Source: Geobacteraceae bacterium
GTDB lineage: Bacteria; Desulfobacterota; Desulfuromonadia; Geobacterales; Pseudopelobacteraceae
Direction of reading: 5' to 3'
Length of the DNA stretch: 64,000 bases
Assembly (NCBI GenBank): GCA_021286935.1
Contig: JAJTBI010000003.1
Span: 13,857-77,856 of the forward strand
Shown in pieces: positions 45,666 to 55,500 of this stretch. Position numbers and translations under genes: made by a program. Below the pieces are notes generated by a model, which saw nothing but the letters and a program-made list of their open reading frames with translations, was not told where the DNA came from and made no database searches. How positions within the stretch are numbered: position 1 is the stretch's first letter; each line of letters opens with the position of its first letter.

Positions 45666-47327
45666 ATGAATAGAACCATCTGCTGGCTTGTCCTGCTTTT
45701 CAGTCTGCTTTCGTTTCCTGTATATGCGGGTGGCCAGGATCGTGAGCGGACTGTCGAAATCCGTGTTGCCACCCAGGATACCCTGATCGGGCTGTGTCAA
45801 AAATATCTTACTCATCCTGAAAAGTGGCCGCAGGTTTCAAAGCTTAATCGTCTTCCTGATTCCAACCGTATATCCCCCGGACAGAAAATTATTGTACCGG
45901 TTGCCTTGCTGAAAGGGGCACCGATGGACGGCGTTGTTACCTCTCTGCAAGGGGAGGCTTTTTTTTGCCCAACCGGCAATTCTGAATGGAAACCTTTGCA
46001 GCTCCGGGATACGGTCAAGGAAGGTAGTTCGCTCAAGACTGCAGCGAACAGCAGTCTTGAGATCAGTTTTGAAGACGGCACCAGTTTCTTGTTGCGGGAA
46101 CAGTCGCTGTTGACGGTCAAGGCATCAAAGAAAGGAATGCTGCATCTCCTGCGGGTACTGCGGCTTGAGGGGGGCAAGATCATTTCCAGAGTAAAGTCTG
46201 CCACCGGCAAGGATTCCCGCTTTGAGATCGAGACCCCCTCTGCTCTTGCAGCGGCCAGGGGGACCCATTACCGGGTTGCGGTTGATGGACAGGGCACTGC
46301 CCGGGCGGAAATGCTGGAAAGCCGGATTGATCTTTCGGCAATGGGAACGACAGTTTCCCTTAATGAGGGTGAAGGATCGCTTGCCCGTCGCAACGAGCCG
46401 CCTTCTCCGCCGATCAGGCTGCTTCGTCCGCCAGAACCACTGAACGTTGCAGCGGTGTATGGCAATAGATCCAGTGAGATCAGATTTTCCCCTGTGCAGA
46501 ACGCAGCACAGTACCGGGTTCTGCTGGCACGTGACCAGGAAGGAAAACAGGCTGCCAGAATTGCAGTTATAAAGCCTGATGAGGGGTTTGTCTTTGAGGG
46601 GCTTGATGACGGGAGCTATTATCTGCTTACCTCCAGCATTGGAGCAGAAGGGTTGGAAGGTCCCTTGTCAAAGCCGTATGAGGTAAAAATCAGGCGGAAA
46701 CCGCTGCCACCGGATATTGTCGCGCCTCTGGACAAGGCGGCTCTGCCGGAAATGCCACTGAAGGCGCAATGGCACAATGTTATTGGCGTGTCGGCGTACC
46801 AGGTTCAGATTGCCAGCACCCCTGATTTTTCCGGGGCATTGATTGAATCGGGTGATCTCAAAAAGACCGTCTATAGCTCAAAGGAGCTGCATGAGGGGGC
46901 ATACTATCTGCGGGTGCGCTCGCTGGCTGAAGATGGCTATGCCGGAGATTGGTCAGCGGCCCATGCATTCAGCGTGGTCAAACTTATGCCGCCCTCACTG
47001 CATAAGCCGGATGGTAATGACAATAAACTCTATCTGGAGTGGGAGCCGATGAAAGGTGCCAGCGGCTATCATCTGCAAATTGCCCGTGATGAAGCCTTTG
47101 GCACAATCATCATTGATCAGATGCCGGCTGCATCAAAACTTGTGCTGGAAAATCCACCGGAGCCGGGGAGGTACTACATGCGTGTTGCCGCCCGGAATGC
47201 CGACCAGGAGACCAGCGCGTTTTCAAAGTCCGGCAGTTTTGAAATCGAGCAGTCAAAGCACTATTTTTACGAGACGCTTGGGTTTGTTGGCGGGGTAGGT
47301 CTGGCTCTGTTGCTGGTACTGCTGTAA
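45666..47327 (+). CDS. LysM-FecR-fibronectin type III protein with a C-terminal membrane anchor
   Basis: Signal peptide; LysM-like DTLIGLC...NRISPGQKIIVP; FecR-like FEIETPSALAAARGTHYRV; about three FN3-like repeats; hydrophobic C-terminus. Confidence 0.8.
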   Translation: MNRTICWLVLLFSLLSFPVYAGGQDRERTVEIRVATQDTLIGLCQKYLTHPEKWPQVSKLNRLPDSNRISPGQKIIVPVALLKGAPMDGVVTSLQGEAFFCPTGNSEWKPLQLRDTVKEGSSLKTAANSSLEISFEDGTSFLLREQSLLTVKASKKGMLHLLRVLRLEGGKIISRVKSATGKDSRFEIETPSALAAARGTHYRVAVDGQGTARAEMLESRIDLSAMGTTVSLNEGEGSLARRNEPPSPPIRLLRPPEPLNVAAVYGNRSSEIRFSPVQNAAQYRVLLARDQEGKQAARIAVIKPDEGFVFEGLDDGSYYLLTSSIGAEGLEGPLSKPYEVKIRRKPLPPDIVAPLDKAALPEMPLKAQWHNVIGVSAYQVQIASTPDFSGALIESGDLKKTVYSSKELHEGAYYLRVRSLAEDGYAGDWSAAHAFSVVKLMPPSLHKPDGNDNKLYLEWEPMKGASGYHLQIARDEAFGTIIIDQMPAASKLVLENPPEPGRYYMRVAARNADQETSAFSKSGSFEIEQSKHYFYETLGFVGGVGLALLLVLL

Positions 47328-47336
47328 GGATACCCC

Positions 47337-49322
47337 ATGCCAATGAATCCGATAACGCGTAACCTGCGCGTTCTACTGCTGCTGGCGGCAACGCTTGTCA
47401 TTCTTCTGTCGGTTGATTATCTGGGGGCATTTGCCGGAATTGACACCTATTTCTATGACACGTTTTTACGCCTGAGGGGAAACAGGCCGACATCAGACAG
47501 GATTGTAATTGTTACGGTTGATGCAAAGACGCTGGACCGGTTTGGACAATGGCCGATCAAGCGGCGTTACTATGCTGAAATGCTTGATCGGCTTGATCAG
47601 GCAACCGTTGTTGGCTTTGATCTGCTGTTGCGTGAACCGACCAGTGATGATGGCCTGTTGGAGGCAGCAATCAAACGGCATGGCAGGGTGGTGTTGCCAG
47701 TCTATGTCGGTGCCGCTGCTCAGCCGATCGGGCCGCTTGATCGTTTCTCATCCGCAGGAATCGGGCATATCCATATTGAACTGGGGGTTGATAATACCGC
47801 CAGAGAGCTGTTCCACAGTGTCTACTCTGTCCCCTCGAACAAACTACTGCCGTCACTGTCGTCCAAAATGTTTGAGGCCGTCTCAGGACAGCCTCTGCTG
47901 CGTCTGCCCCCCCCTGTTCCGACCACAGGCAGGTTGATTCAGCAGGATCACCACACAATCAACTACTATGGCACGCCAGGCACCTTTATACGGGTTTCGT
48001 TGGCTGATCTGCTTGATGGGACGGTCCAGCCGGCCTATTTTAAAGACAAGCTGGTGCTGGTTGGACTGACGGTGCCGGGTATTCTTGATGAAGTATCAAC
48101 TCCCCTCAGTCAAACCAGAAACCGGATGCCCGGTGTTGAGGTGCATGCAAATGCCCTGAACAATCTGCTGGACACGAGCAGCATACATGAGCTGCTGGGA
48201 GTTCTGCGCGCCTTTGCTGCACTGATTACTGCTTTGCTGCTGGCGGTTGTGCTGGCAAAACGTGATGAAAAACAGTCGGTTCTGATCTGGGCTTTGAGCC
48301 TGTTTCTGACGGTGCTGGCTGCCTTTGCCGTGCTTGCTGCTACCCATTGGTGGGTCCCTCCCGCCCTTTTTCTGGTCGCCTTCAGCGTCATATTTGCTGC
48401 GGTCTACCTCTATCGTCTGGACAGTGCCGCCCGAAAGCTTGACCATGAATATGAGATCATGACGGCCCTGCTGGGCTGGGATGCCGGTGAAAATTCAGAA
48501 CCGGCAGCAGGCAACGGCCTGTTCGGTTTTCTGTCTGAAGGTGGCATCAATGCCAGGATAGGACGCCAGGTCAGCATGACAAATAAGCTGTTAGGCCTGC
48601 ATAAACAACTGGAAAGTGCCCTGAAGACAGAGCGTGAGGCGCTCGATAGCCAGATCCGGTTTGTTGAGATGCTTTCCCACGAGTACCGCACCCCATTGGC
48701 GATTATTCGTGCCAATCTGGATATTCTTGAGATGAAGGATGAAGACTTGGGTGGTCAGCTGTCCGGGAACTTCTCCAAGATGAAGCGTGCGGTTTCCCGA
48801 TTGGTTGAGGTAATGGAAACCTCGCTGGGGCGGCAACGGCTTGAAGATGCCAGAGCAGTGCTGCCGACCAACGAAGAGATTGATCTTACGGATTTTCTGG
48901 ATGCGCTTCTTGCGGAGTCGGCGGAGCTCTGGGCTGAACGCAGCTTCAAGCGGCTTGGCAGCGGCTGTTCAGGCTGTTGTGTGCAGGGAGACCGCTTGAT
49001 GCTGAAGACCGCCGTGTTGAATCTGATTGACAATGCCGTTAAATATTCTGCGGTGCAGGAACCGGTACGGGTGTTTCTTGAAAGGCAGGATGGCCTGGCA
49101 GTTGTTTCGGTGATCAACCAGGGGACACCGGTAGCACCGGAAGAGCTTGAGCGGGTATTTGAAAAATTTTACCGTGGCGGCAGCAGTGCCAATACCAGGG
49201 GGGCCGGACTTGGCCTCTATCTGGTGCGTAAGATCATTGAACAGTTGGGGGGCCGTGTCACCTTGACAAGTGATGACAGCCACTACACCACAGCAACCAT
49301 CCATCTGCCGCTTTGCCAGTAG
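47337..49322 (+). CDS. CHASE2-domain sensor histidine kinase
   Basis: CHASE2 (IVIVTVD, GQWP, DKLVLVG, PGVEVHANALNNLL), three TM helices, SHEYRTPL H-box, NLIDNAVKYS, GAGLGL. Confidence 0.92.
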   Translation: MPMNPITRNLRVLLLLAATLVILLSVDYLGAFAGIDTYFYDTFLRLRGNRPTSDRIVIVTVDAKTLDRFGQWPIKRRYYAEMLDRLDQATVVGFDLLLREPTSDDGLLEAAIKRHGRVVLPVYVGAAAQPIGPLDRFSSAGIGHIHIELGVDNTARELFHSVYSVPSNKLLPSLSSKMFEAVSGQPLLRLPPPVPTTGRLIQQDHHTINYYGTPGTFIRVSLADLLDGTVQPAYFKDKLVLVGLTVPGILDEVSTPLSQTRNRMPGVEVHANALNNLLDTSSIHELLGVLRAFAALITALLLAVVLAKRDEKQSVLIWALSLFLTVLAAFAVLAATHWWVPPALFLVAFSVIFAAVYLYRLDSAARKLDHEYEIMTALLGWDAGENSEPAAGNGLFGFLSEGGINARIGRQVSMTNKLLGLHKQLESALKTEREALDSQIRFVEMLSHEYRTPLAIIRANLDILEMKDEDLGGQLSGNFSKMKRAVSRLVEVMETSLGRQRLEDARAVLPTNEEIDLTDFLDALLAESAELWAERSFKRLGSGCSGCCVQGDRLMLKTAVLNLIDNAVKYSAVQEPVRVFLERQDGLAVVSVINQGTPVAPEELERVFEKFYRGGSSANTRGAGLGLYLVRKIIEQLGGRVTLTSDDSHYTTATIHLPLCQ

Positions 49323-49498
49323 TTTCAGGCGGTAGCATCCTCTCGGTTTGTTCCCCTCTTTTATCCAATCAGATTTAGTCACAATTGGTTGTTTCTCATT
49401 GCTTGAAGCCGGTACAGTCGGCTTGCTATGGTACGGTAAACGGTAAGAATGGTTCGTAAATCAGGTTTTGCGTAATAGTTGCGGTGGATAGGTGTGGC

Positions 49499-49729
49499 AT
49501 GACAATACAATCCTATGACGCAGATGCTACCCGGAAAAGACCCTGCCCTGATATGCTTAAAGGGCTGTCGTTGCCAGCGCTTGTTGAGCTGTTTGACGTA
49601 CCCCTGAAATATCTGTCGGTTGCCGGTTTTGAGGTTGTCATGTTTGACTGTGGCGGGCAGTATCTGGTTTGTACCTGTTCCGACGGAGCCTGTGTTCAGG
49701 CCCGCTATTCAGATACCTGTGCACTGTAG
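49499..49729 (+). CDS. Small Cys-containing hypothetical protein
   Basis: ORF with a weak SD; function unknown. Confidence 0.4.
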   Translation: MTIQSYDADATRKRPCPDMLKGLSLPALVELFDVPLKYLSVAGFEVVMFDCGGQYLVCTCSDGACVQARYSDTCAL

Positions 49730-49759
49730 CCAACATACGATAGGGGGGAGGTTGGGGCA

Positions 49760-49969
49760 ATGACACTGCTGGAACAACAACGATTTCTTGAGGGCATTAC
49801 CCATATACGTGATGTCGATTTTCTGAGCTGGCAGGGCTGGGAGCAGCTCATGGCGTGGGTGCGGCGTCAGGCCTGGCGGGGTGACTTTTTCGGTGGTGAA
49901 AAAATACCGTCCCGGCTGCTTTACCCCAAGTCATTGACCCAGGAACTGATTAGCTATATGGCAGCATGA
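49760..49969 (+). CDS. Small hypothetical protein
   Basis: Strong SD GGGAGG, ATG start, Trp-rich 69 aa. Confidence 0.6.
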   Translation: MTLLEQQRFLEGITHIRDVDFLSWQGWEQLMAWVRRQAWRGDFFGGEKIPSRLLYPKSLTQELISYMAA

Positions 49970-50048
49970 TTGCTTTTGTCTTGTCAAAAGCTGTGCTACA
50001 AAAACAGCGTACACACGTGTCGGGGGATATTACAGAGGAGCGGAAGGT

Positions 50049-50768
50049 ATGGGCACAGGATTCAAGGTTCTCATTGTTGAAGATGATCAGGATCTGCGTG
50101 AGAGCGTTGTTGAATATCTGACCATGGCCGGTTTTGAGGCCAGTGGTGTCAGAAATGCTGCCGAGTTTTACCAGGCCGTGGCGCAGTGGGGCTGGAACGT
50201 TGTCGTGGTTGACATCGGTCTGCCCGATCAGTCCGGCTTTGTGCTGGTTGAATATGTTCGCTCCAATACGGATATGAAGGTCATTATCCTGACTGCCCGC
50301 GATGCGCTGGATGATCGGGTCAAGGGGTATGATGCCGGTGCTGACCTCTATCTGATCAAGCCGGTTGATTGTCGTGAACTGGCGGCAGCCATTACCAGCC
50401 AGGCGCAACGACATAGTGCCCGTGTCGCCCAGCAGATACCGGCCCAGAGTCTGACACCTTCAACTGATCTCTGGGGACTCGCCCAAAGTTCCTGGACTCT
50501 GGTCTCACCGGATGGAACCCAGATTCAACTGACCGGCAAGGAGTTGCAGTTTGTTGAGCTGCTGGCCGCGCATCCCGGCAAGACCGCATCCAGAGAAACG
50601 CTGCTGCTTAAGCTGTACCAGCGTCATGATGAGTATACCAGCAGGTCCCTTGACTCTCTGGTTCGCCGGATACGGGTTAAGATCATGTCTGTGACGGATG
50701 TCCCGGTCCCCATTAAAACCGTGCATGCTGTTGGATACTGTTTTTCCGCGACACTACGGTATATTTGA
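50049..50768 (+). CDS. OmpR-family response regulator
   Basis: VEDD, DIGLPD, LTAR, GADLYLIKP; winged helix ending VGYCF. Confidence 0.93.
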   Translation: MGTGFKVLIVEDDQDLRESVVEYLTMAGFEASGVRNAAEFYQAVAQWGWNVVVVDIGLPDQSGFVLVEYVRSNTDMKVIILTARDALDDRVKGYDAGADLYLIKPVDCRELAAAITSQAQRHSARVAQQIPAQSLTPSTDLWGLAQSSWTLVSPDGTQIQLTGKELQFVELLAAHPGKTASRETLLLKLYQRHDEYTSRSLDSLVRRIRVKIMSVTDVPVPIKTVHAVGYCFSATLRYI

Positions 50769-50997
50769 AACTGACGCCAACTGTAGCGCCTCCTGCCAAT
50801 CTTTTTCCTGCTGTCGTTTTTTCTGCTTGTCGCCTCCCTTGCAACGTCAGAAACAGTCAGATTTGCTTCGATTTGATCGGTTGTTTTTTGCCCTTGAAGT
50901 GACTGATAGTACCCGTAATCCGGCTTTCCCTGAATAAAGGGGGGACGGCGATTACCCAGGGTAATCACAATACAATCAGGCTAACGAGGAGTTACAA

Positions 50998-52254
50998 ATG
51001 AAAAAACAACTGAAACGGATCCTGCCGATAGGCTTGCTGCTGGTTGCATCCGCCGCATCTGCAGGAGTTCAGCAAGGGCAGTTTTCTCTGTCACCGGTGG
51101 TTGGCGGTTACACCTATGAGGGCCAGCAACATCTGGGCACCAATCTGGTCTTTGGTGGCAGGGCGGGCTACAACATCACCAAACAGCTGGGGATTGAAGG
51201 GCTGGTTGATTATGTTAATCCTGAACTGACCGGCGGCAAGAAAGATATCACCATGTACCGTTACGGCGGTGAGCTGCTGTATCATTTTATGCCGGACAAC
51301 AATTTTGTGCCTTATATCGCTGCCGGATTTGCCGGACTGAAGTTTGACGGCGCCAATGCCGCCTCAAAAAATACCTATGGCGCTGCTGATTATGGTGTCG
51401 GCGCCAAGTATTTCCTGCATGAAAACTTTGCTCTGCGGGCCGATGTGCGCCATATCATGTATAACCTGAGCGAGACAGTGACCCATAATGTTGAGTACAC
51501 CGTGGGCGCCCATATTCCGTTCGGCGGTGCTGCTCCGGCTGTCAAGCCGATAGAAGTGGCTCCTGCTCCAGAGCCAGTCAAGGTTGTGGCGCCTGCACCG
51601 GCTGCTCCCAAGGCCTTCTTGCATGCTACCCCGCAAAACATTACCCGCGGAGAACAGGCCACCCTGCAGTGGAGTTCAAGCAATGCAAAGAACTGCTCCA
51701 TTCAACCGGCTATCGGGTCTGTTTCCCTGTCAGGTTTTACCACCGTTACGCCAACAGCGGATGCGGAATACACCCTGACCTGCAAGGGTGAAGGCGGTGA
51801 GGCAACCAGCAAAACCGCTGTTGCGGTCAAGCCTGCTCCGGTCGTGCAGCCGGTACAGCCTGCTCCCGTGGTGGAACAGTCCGCTGCCAAGGCCTCTGCT
51901 GCCCAACTCTGCAGTCCCACCGTGCTGAACATCAAGTTTGACACCAACAAGTCGGCTATCAAGCCTGCCTATCAGGATGAACTGGCAAGGCTGGGTACCT
52001 TCCTGAAAGAGAACCCAAGCGCCAAAGGCAGCATTGAAGGACATACCGACAGCGTTGGCAATAAGAAGGCCAATATGAAGCTTTCCCAGCGACGTGCCGA
52101 AAGCGTTCGCAGCTACATCATCAAAAAATCCGGTATTGATGCCAGCCGGATCACCGCCAAAGGTTTTGGCCCCACCAAGCCGATTGCCGATAACAAAACC
52201 GCTGCAGGAAAAGCAAAGAACAGACGAATCGAAGCCAACTTTAGCTGTGAATAA
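50998..52254 (+). CDS. OmpA-family outer-membrane protein (barrel, Pro-rich linker, Ig/PKD-like insert, peptidoglycan-binding domain)
   Basis: Signal peptide, 8-strand barrel pattern, IEGHTDS, LSQRRAESV, NRRIE. Confidence 0.92.
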   Translation: MKKQLKRILPIGLLLVASAASAGVQQGQFSLSPVVGGYTYEGQQHLGTNLVFGGRAGYNITKQLGIEGLVDYVNPELTGGKKDITMYRYGGELLYHFMPDNNFVPYIAAGFAGLKFDGANAASKNTYGAADYGVGAKYFLHENFALRADVRHIMYNLSETVTHNVEYTVGAHIPFGGAAPAVKPIEVAPAPEPVKVVAPAPAAPKAFLHATPQNITRGEQATLQWSSSNAKNCSIQPAIGSVSLSGFTTVTPTADAEYTLTCKGEGGEATSKTAVAVKPAPVVQPVQPAPVVEQSAAKASAAQLCSPTVLNIKFDTNKSAIKPAYQDELARLGTFLKENPSAKGSIEGHTDSVGNKKANMKLSQRRAESVRSYIIKKSGIDASRITAKGFGPTKPIADNKTAAGKAKNRRIEANFSCE

Positions 52255-52271
52255 ACACAATTACAGTTTAA

Positions 52272-52322
52272 ACGGCACTGCCACCTCTCTTGATATGTAG
52301 AAGGGTGCAGTGCCTGTTTTTT
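52272..52322 (+). terminator. Probable intrinsic terminator after ompA
   Basis: GGCACTGC...GCAGTGCC stem followed by a T-tract. Confidence 0.55.
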
Positions 52323-52526
52323 AATCTTGCTGGCGAAATCTTACTTTTTATTATAAAGGCTAAAATCGGCTGTATTTGTCCGGTTTTTTGCGTATATTGA
52401 AAGGCTTTGAAAATACATCTAAAAAATTCTGTTGCGGATAAAATTAAAGTTTGTTGAGAGTTAAATGTAACGACTAATTACATGAACTGGGTGGGTAGCG
52501 TTATGGCTAATCGGAGAGTGGGTGGT

Positions 52527-55500
52527 ATGAGGCGCAAATTGCTGGCACATTTGAGCACATTGTTTACGATGCTTGTTCTGATTTTTACACTGTCTGGTGT
52601 GGCATGGTCAGCTATGGGCGCTTCGGTGACGTTGGTCGATGTTGTCAATCTCTCGAATATTTATCCGGGCCAGATCACTGAACTGAAAATCACCCTGTCC
52701 AACAACGCCACTTCGGCGATCACTGGTGTTGCCTTCAGCAACAGCCTGCCCGGCACCTTACCCAATGGGTTGAAGGTTGCCGGTGCCTACACCTATACCT
52801 GTTACGACCCCTCGGGTCCCTCCACCAACCCAGGTTCAGGCACCCTGACCGCCGCTGTGGGCACCCAGGCGATTTCCCTCTCCAATGGCGTTATCCCCGC
52901 ACACTCCGGTAGCAACGACGGTTATTGTACTATTGTCGTTCCTGTAACGGCCGGCACCTCCACGGGCAATGCCGTCACCTACACCTATACCATCGGCGAC
53001 GGCGCGGTGATCGGCAACGATGGCGTCGCCGTGGCCAATAGCGGTGCGGTGGAGCAGGGCATCAACGTGCTGGCGCTGTCCAAGCCGACCATCAGCAAGA
53101 GCTTCGGCAGTTCCACCCTGTACCTGGGCGGCACGGCCACTACCCTGACCATCACGCTGAACAACAGCAACAGTGTGCCAATCACCGGCGTCAGTCTTAA
53201 CGACCACAACTTCCCCACTGCTGGCGGCACTGCGATTATCGAGGTGGCGACCCCGCCTTCGGCCACCAATACCTGCGGCGGCACCTTCTCGCCGAGCAGC
53301 GGCGAAACGAGCCTCAGTCTCTCCGGGGCCACCATTCCCGCCAACAGCAGTTGCGCCATCAGCGTACAGGTGTCAGGCAAGCAGACCAACGGCAGTTACA
53401 GTGTGAGCGGCAACAACATCATTCTCGCCAGCGACCTTGATAACGACATCCATATTCCAGCGTTCGGTAACGTCTCGACTGGCATTACGGTAGTGTCGCC
53501 GCTGGGCGTGAGCAAGTCCTTTTCGCCCGGTTCCCCGGCGTCCTTGGCGGGTGGTCAATCCGGTTCGCTGACCATCACCCTGAGCAATTCCGGCACCTCG
53601 GCTCTGGCCATCACCTCCTTCACGGATTCGCCCATTGACGGCATCAGCGACGCCACCAGTTCCACTGGCTTGGTGGTGACCAGCACGGCCAATACTTGCA
53701 GCGGCACGGCGAGCGCTGTGCAGGTCAACGGAATTAACCAGGGGGTGACGCTTACGGGAGGCACGATCCCCGCAGGCGGTTCGTGTACGGTGACCGTCAA
53801 CTTTACCGCCAATACCCAGGCAGCGAACACGCCCTACACCTATACTAACCTCATCACGGCGGGTGCGGTGGACGTGGGCAACCCCGCTATCGTCAGCCAA
53901 AACACCAGCGCCACCATCCTGGTGTCCGACACCCTGCGCGTTACCAAGACCAACTATTCGAGCAGCCCGCGTCCGGGCAACCCGGTGCAATACAGCATCA
54001 CGGTGCAGAACTGGTCTTCGCTTGACATGAGCAACGTGCTGATTCAGGACACGCTGCCGGCCAACATCACCTATCTGACCGGAACCATCAACGGAACTAA
54101 CTATTCTCCGACACTGTCGGGAACAGGCTGTTCCGGCCTGACGACAAGCAATGTGTTGGGGAATAGCGCACTTGCCTTCACCGTTGGCACGGTGCCGCAC
54201 CGCACGGGGGATAGCACTCCCGGCGCCTGTACCGTCACCTTTTACGGCATGGTGAGCGCCACTGCTCCAAATGGTCTTTCCACGGTCAACAGTGTAAGCA
54301 GTGTCTGCACAAATAACGGCGGCGGCATCTGTTATGAGGGCGACCCGGCTGTGTCGGCAAACAGCGCGGTCAATACCACGATGATGTCGGCCAGCAAGAC
54401 CTTTGACGGGGTCACTTCCAAGACCAAGCCGGAAGGCGTTGTCTCTACTCTAAAGATCACGCTGTCCAACTATTCGGTCAACGCGCTGACCAACGCGTCT
54501 ATTTCCGACACGCTGCCCACCAGCGGCAGCGGCCAGTTGCGCATCGCCAATCCGGCCAATGCTGCTACCACCTGCGGCGGCAGCTACACCATCACGGCGG
54601 ACCCGGCCAGCACCTCGATTGCCATGAACGGCGCTACCGTTCCGGGCCGTAACAGCAGCGGTGGCGTGGTCGGCGCAGGCACCGCCGGTACCTGTTTCCT
54701 GCAAGTGGACGTGGTCGGCCCGGCAGGTGTCTATAACAATACCGCCACTACGGCAGGTACGGTCACCTATGCCGACAACAGCACCGGCACGGTTTCGGCT
54801 ACGAGTAACACTGCCACCCTGACTTACACCTCCGCGCTGTCGGCCACCAAGAGCTTCAACCCGGCGGCGGTGTCCTCTGGCGGCACCTCTACCGTGACGG
54901 TGCACCTCTCCAACACCAGCGCGGCGGCCCTTTCCGGCGTGAGCGTGATCGATCCCCTGCCCACGGGCATGGTGGTGGCCCCCACGCCTCACGCCTATAC
55001 CACCTGTGCTGGCAGCACCAGCGTCACGGCAGTGGCTGGGCAGGGTAATGGGACGGGCTCGGTCAGCATGACCGGGGCGGACATCGCCGGATTCGGCTCC
55101 TGCGACTTCGTGTTTGATGTGGTCGCCACCGGTTCCGCCAACTGGGTCAATACCATCCATGCGGGTGAAATCACAGCCAACGGTAATGTCAGCAACCAGA
55201 CCGCAGTGGTCGGAACCTTGAATTACAATGTTCCCAATAATCCTACGGTTGCAAAGGCTACCAACCCAAGTACCCTGACCTTTCCGGGGCAAGTCAGTCA
55301 GTTGACCATTACGATAACAAACGGCACTCAGGCCGTTACAAATCTACGCCTGACAGATTATTTTACATCAAATGGCACCTCTGGCGGAGCGGCAAACGGC
55401 ATGGTGATAGCCGCCACACCAGCGGCGTCAACCACCTGTGCAGGAGGCATTATTACGGCTGCCCCTGGCGGGGCGTCGGTGTCTCTTTCCGGTGTTGCCC

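Noticed and set aside
50770-52526. GEMM-I (c-di-GMP/cGAMP) riboswitch upstream of ompA or the adhesin
   Set aside because: I could not find the GAAA-tetraloop/GGGACGCAAAGC core in either leader.
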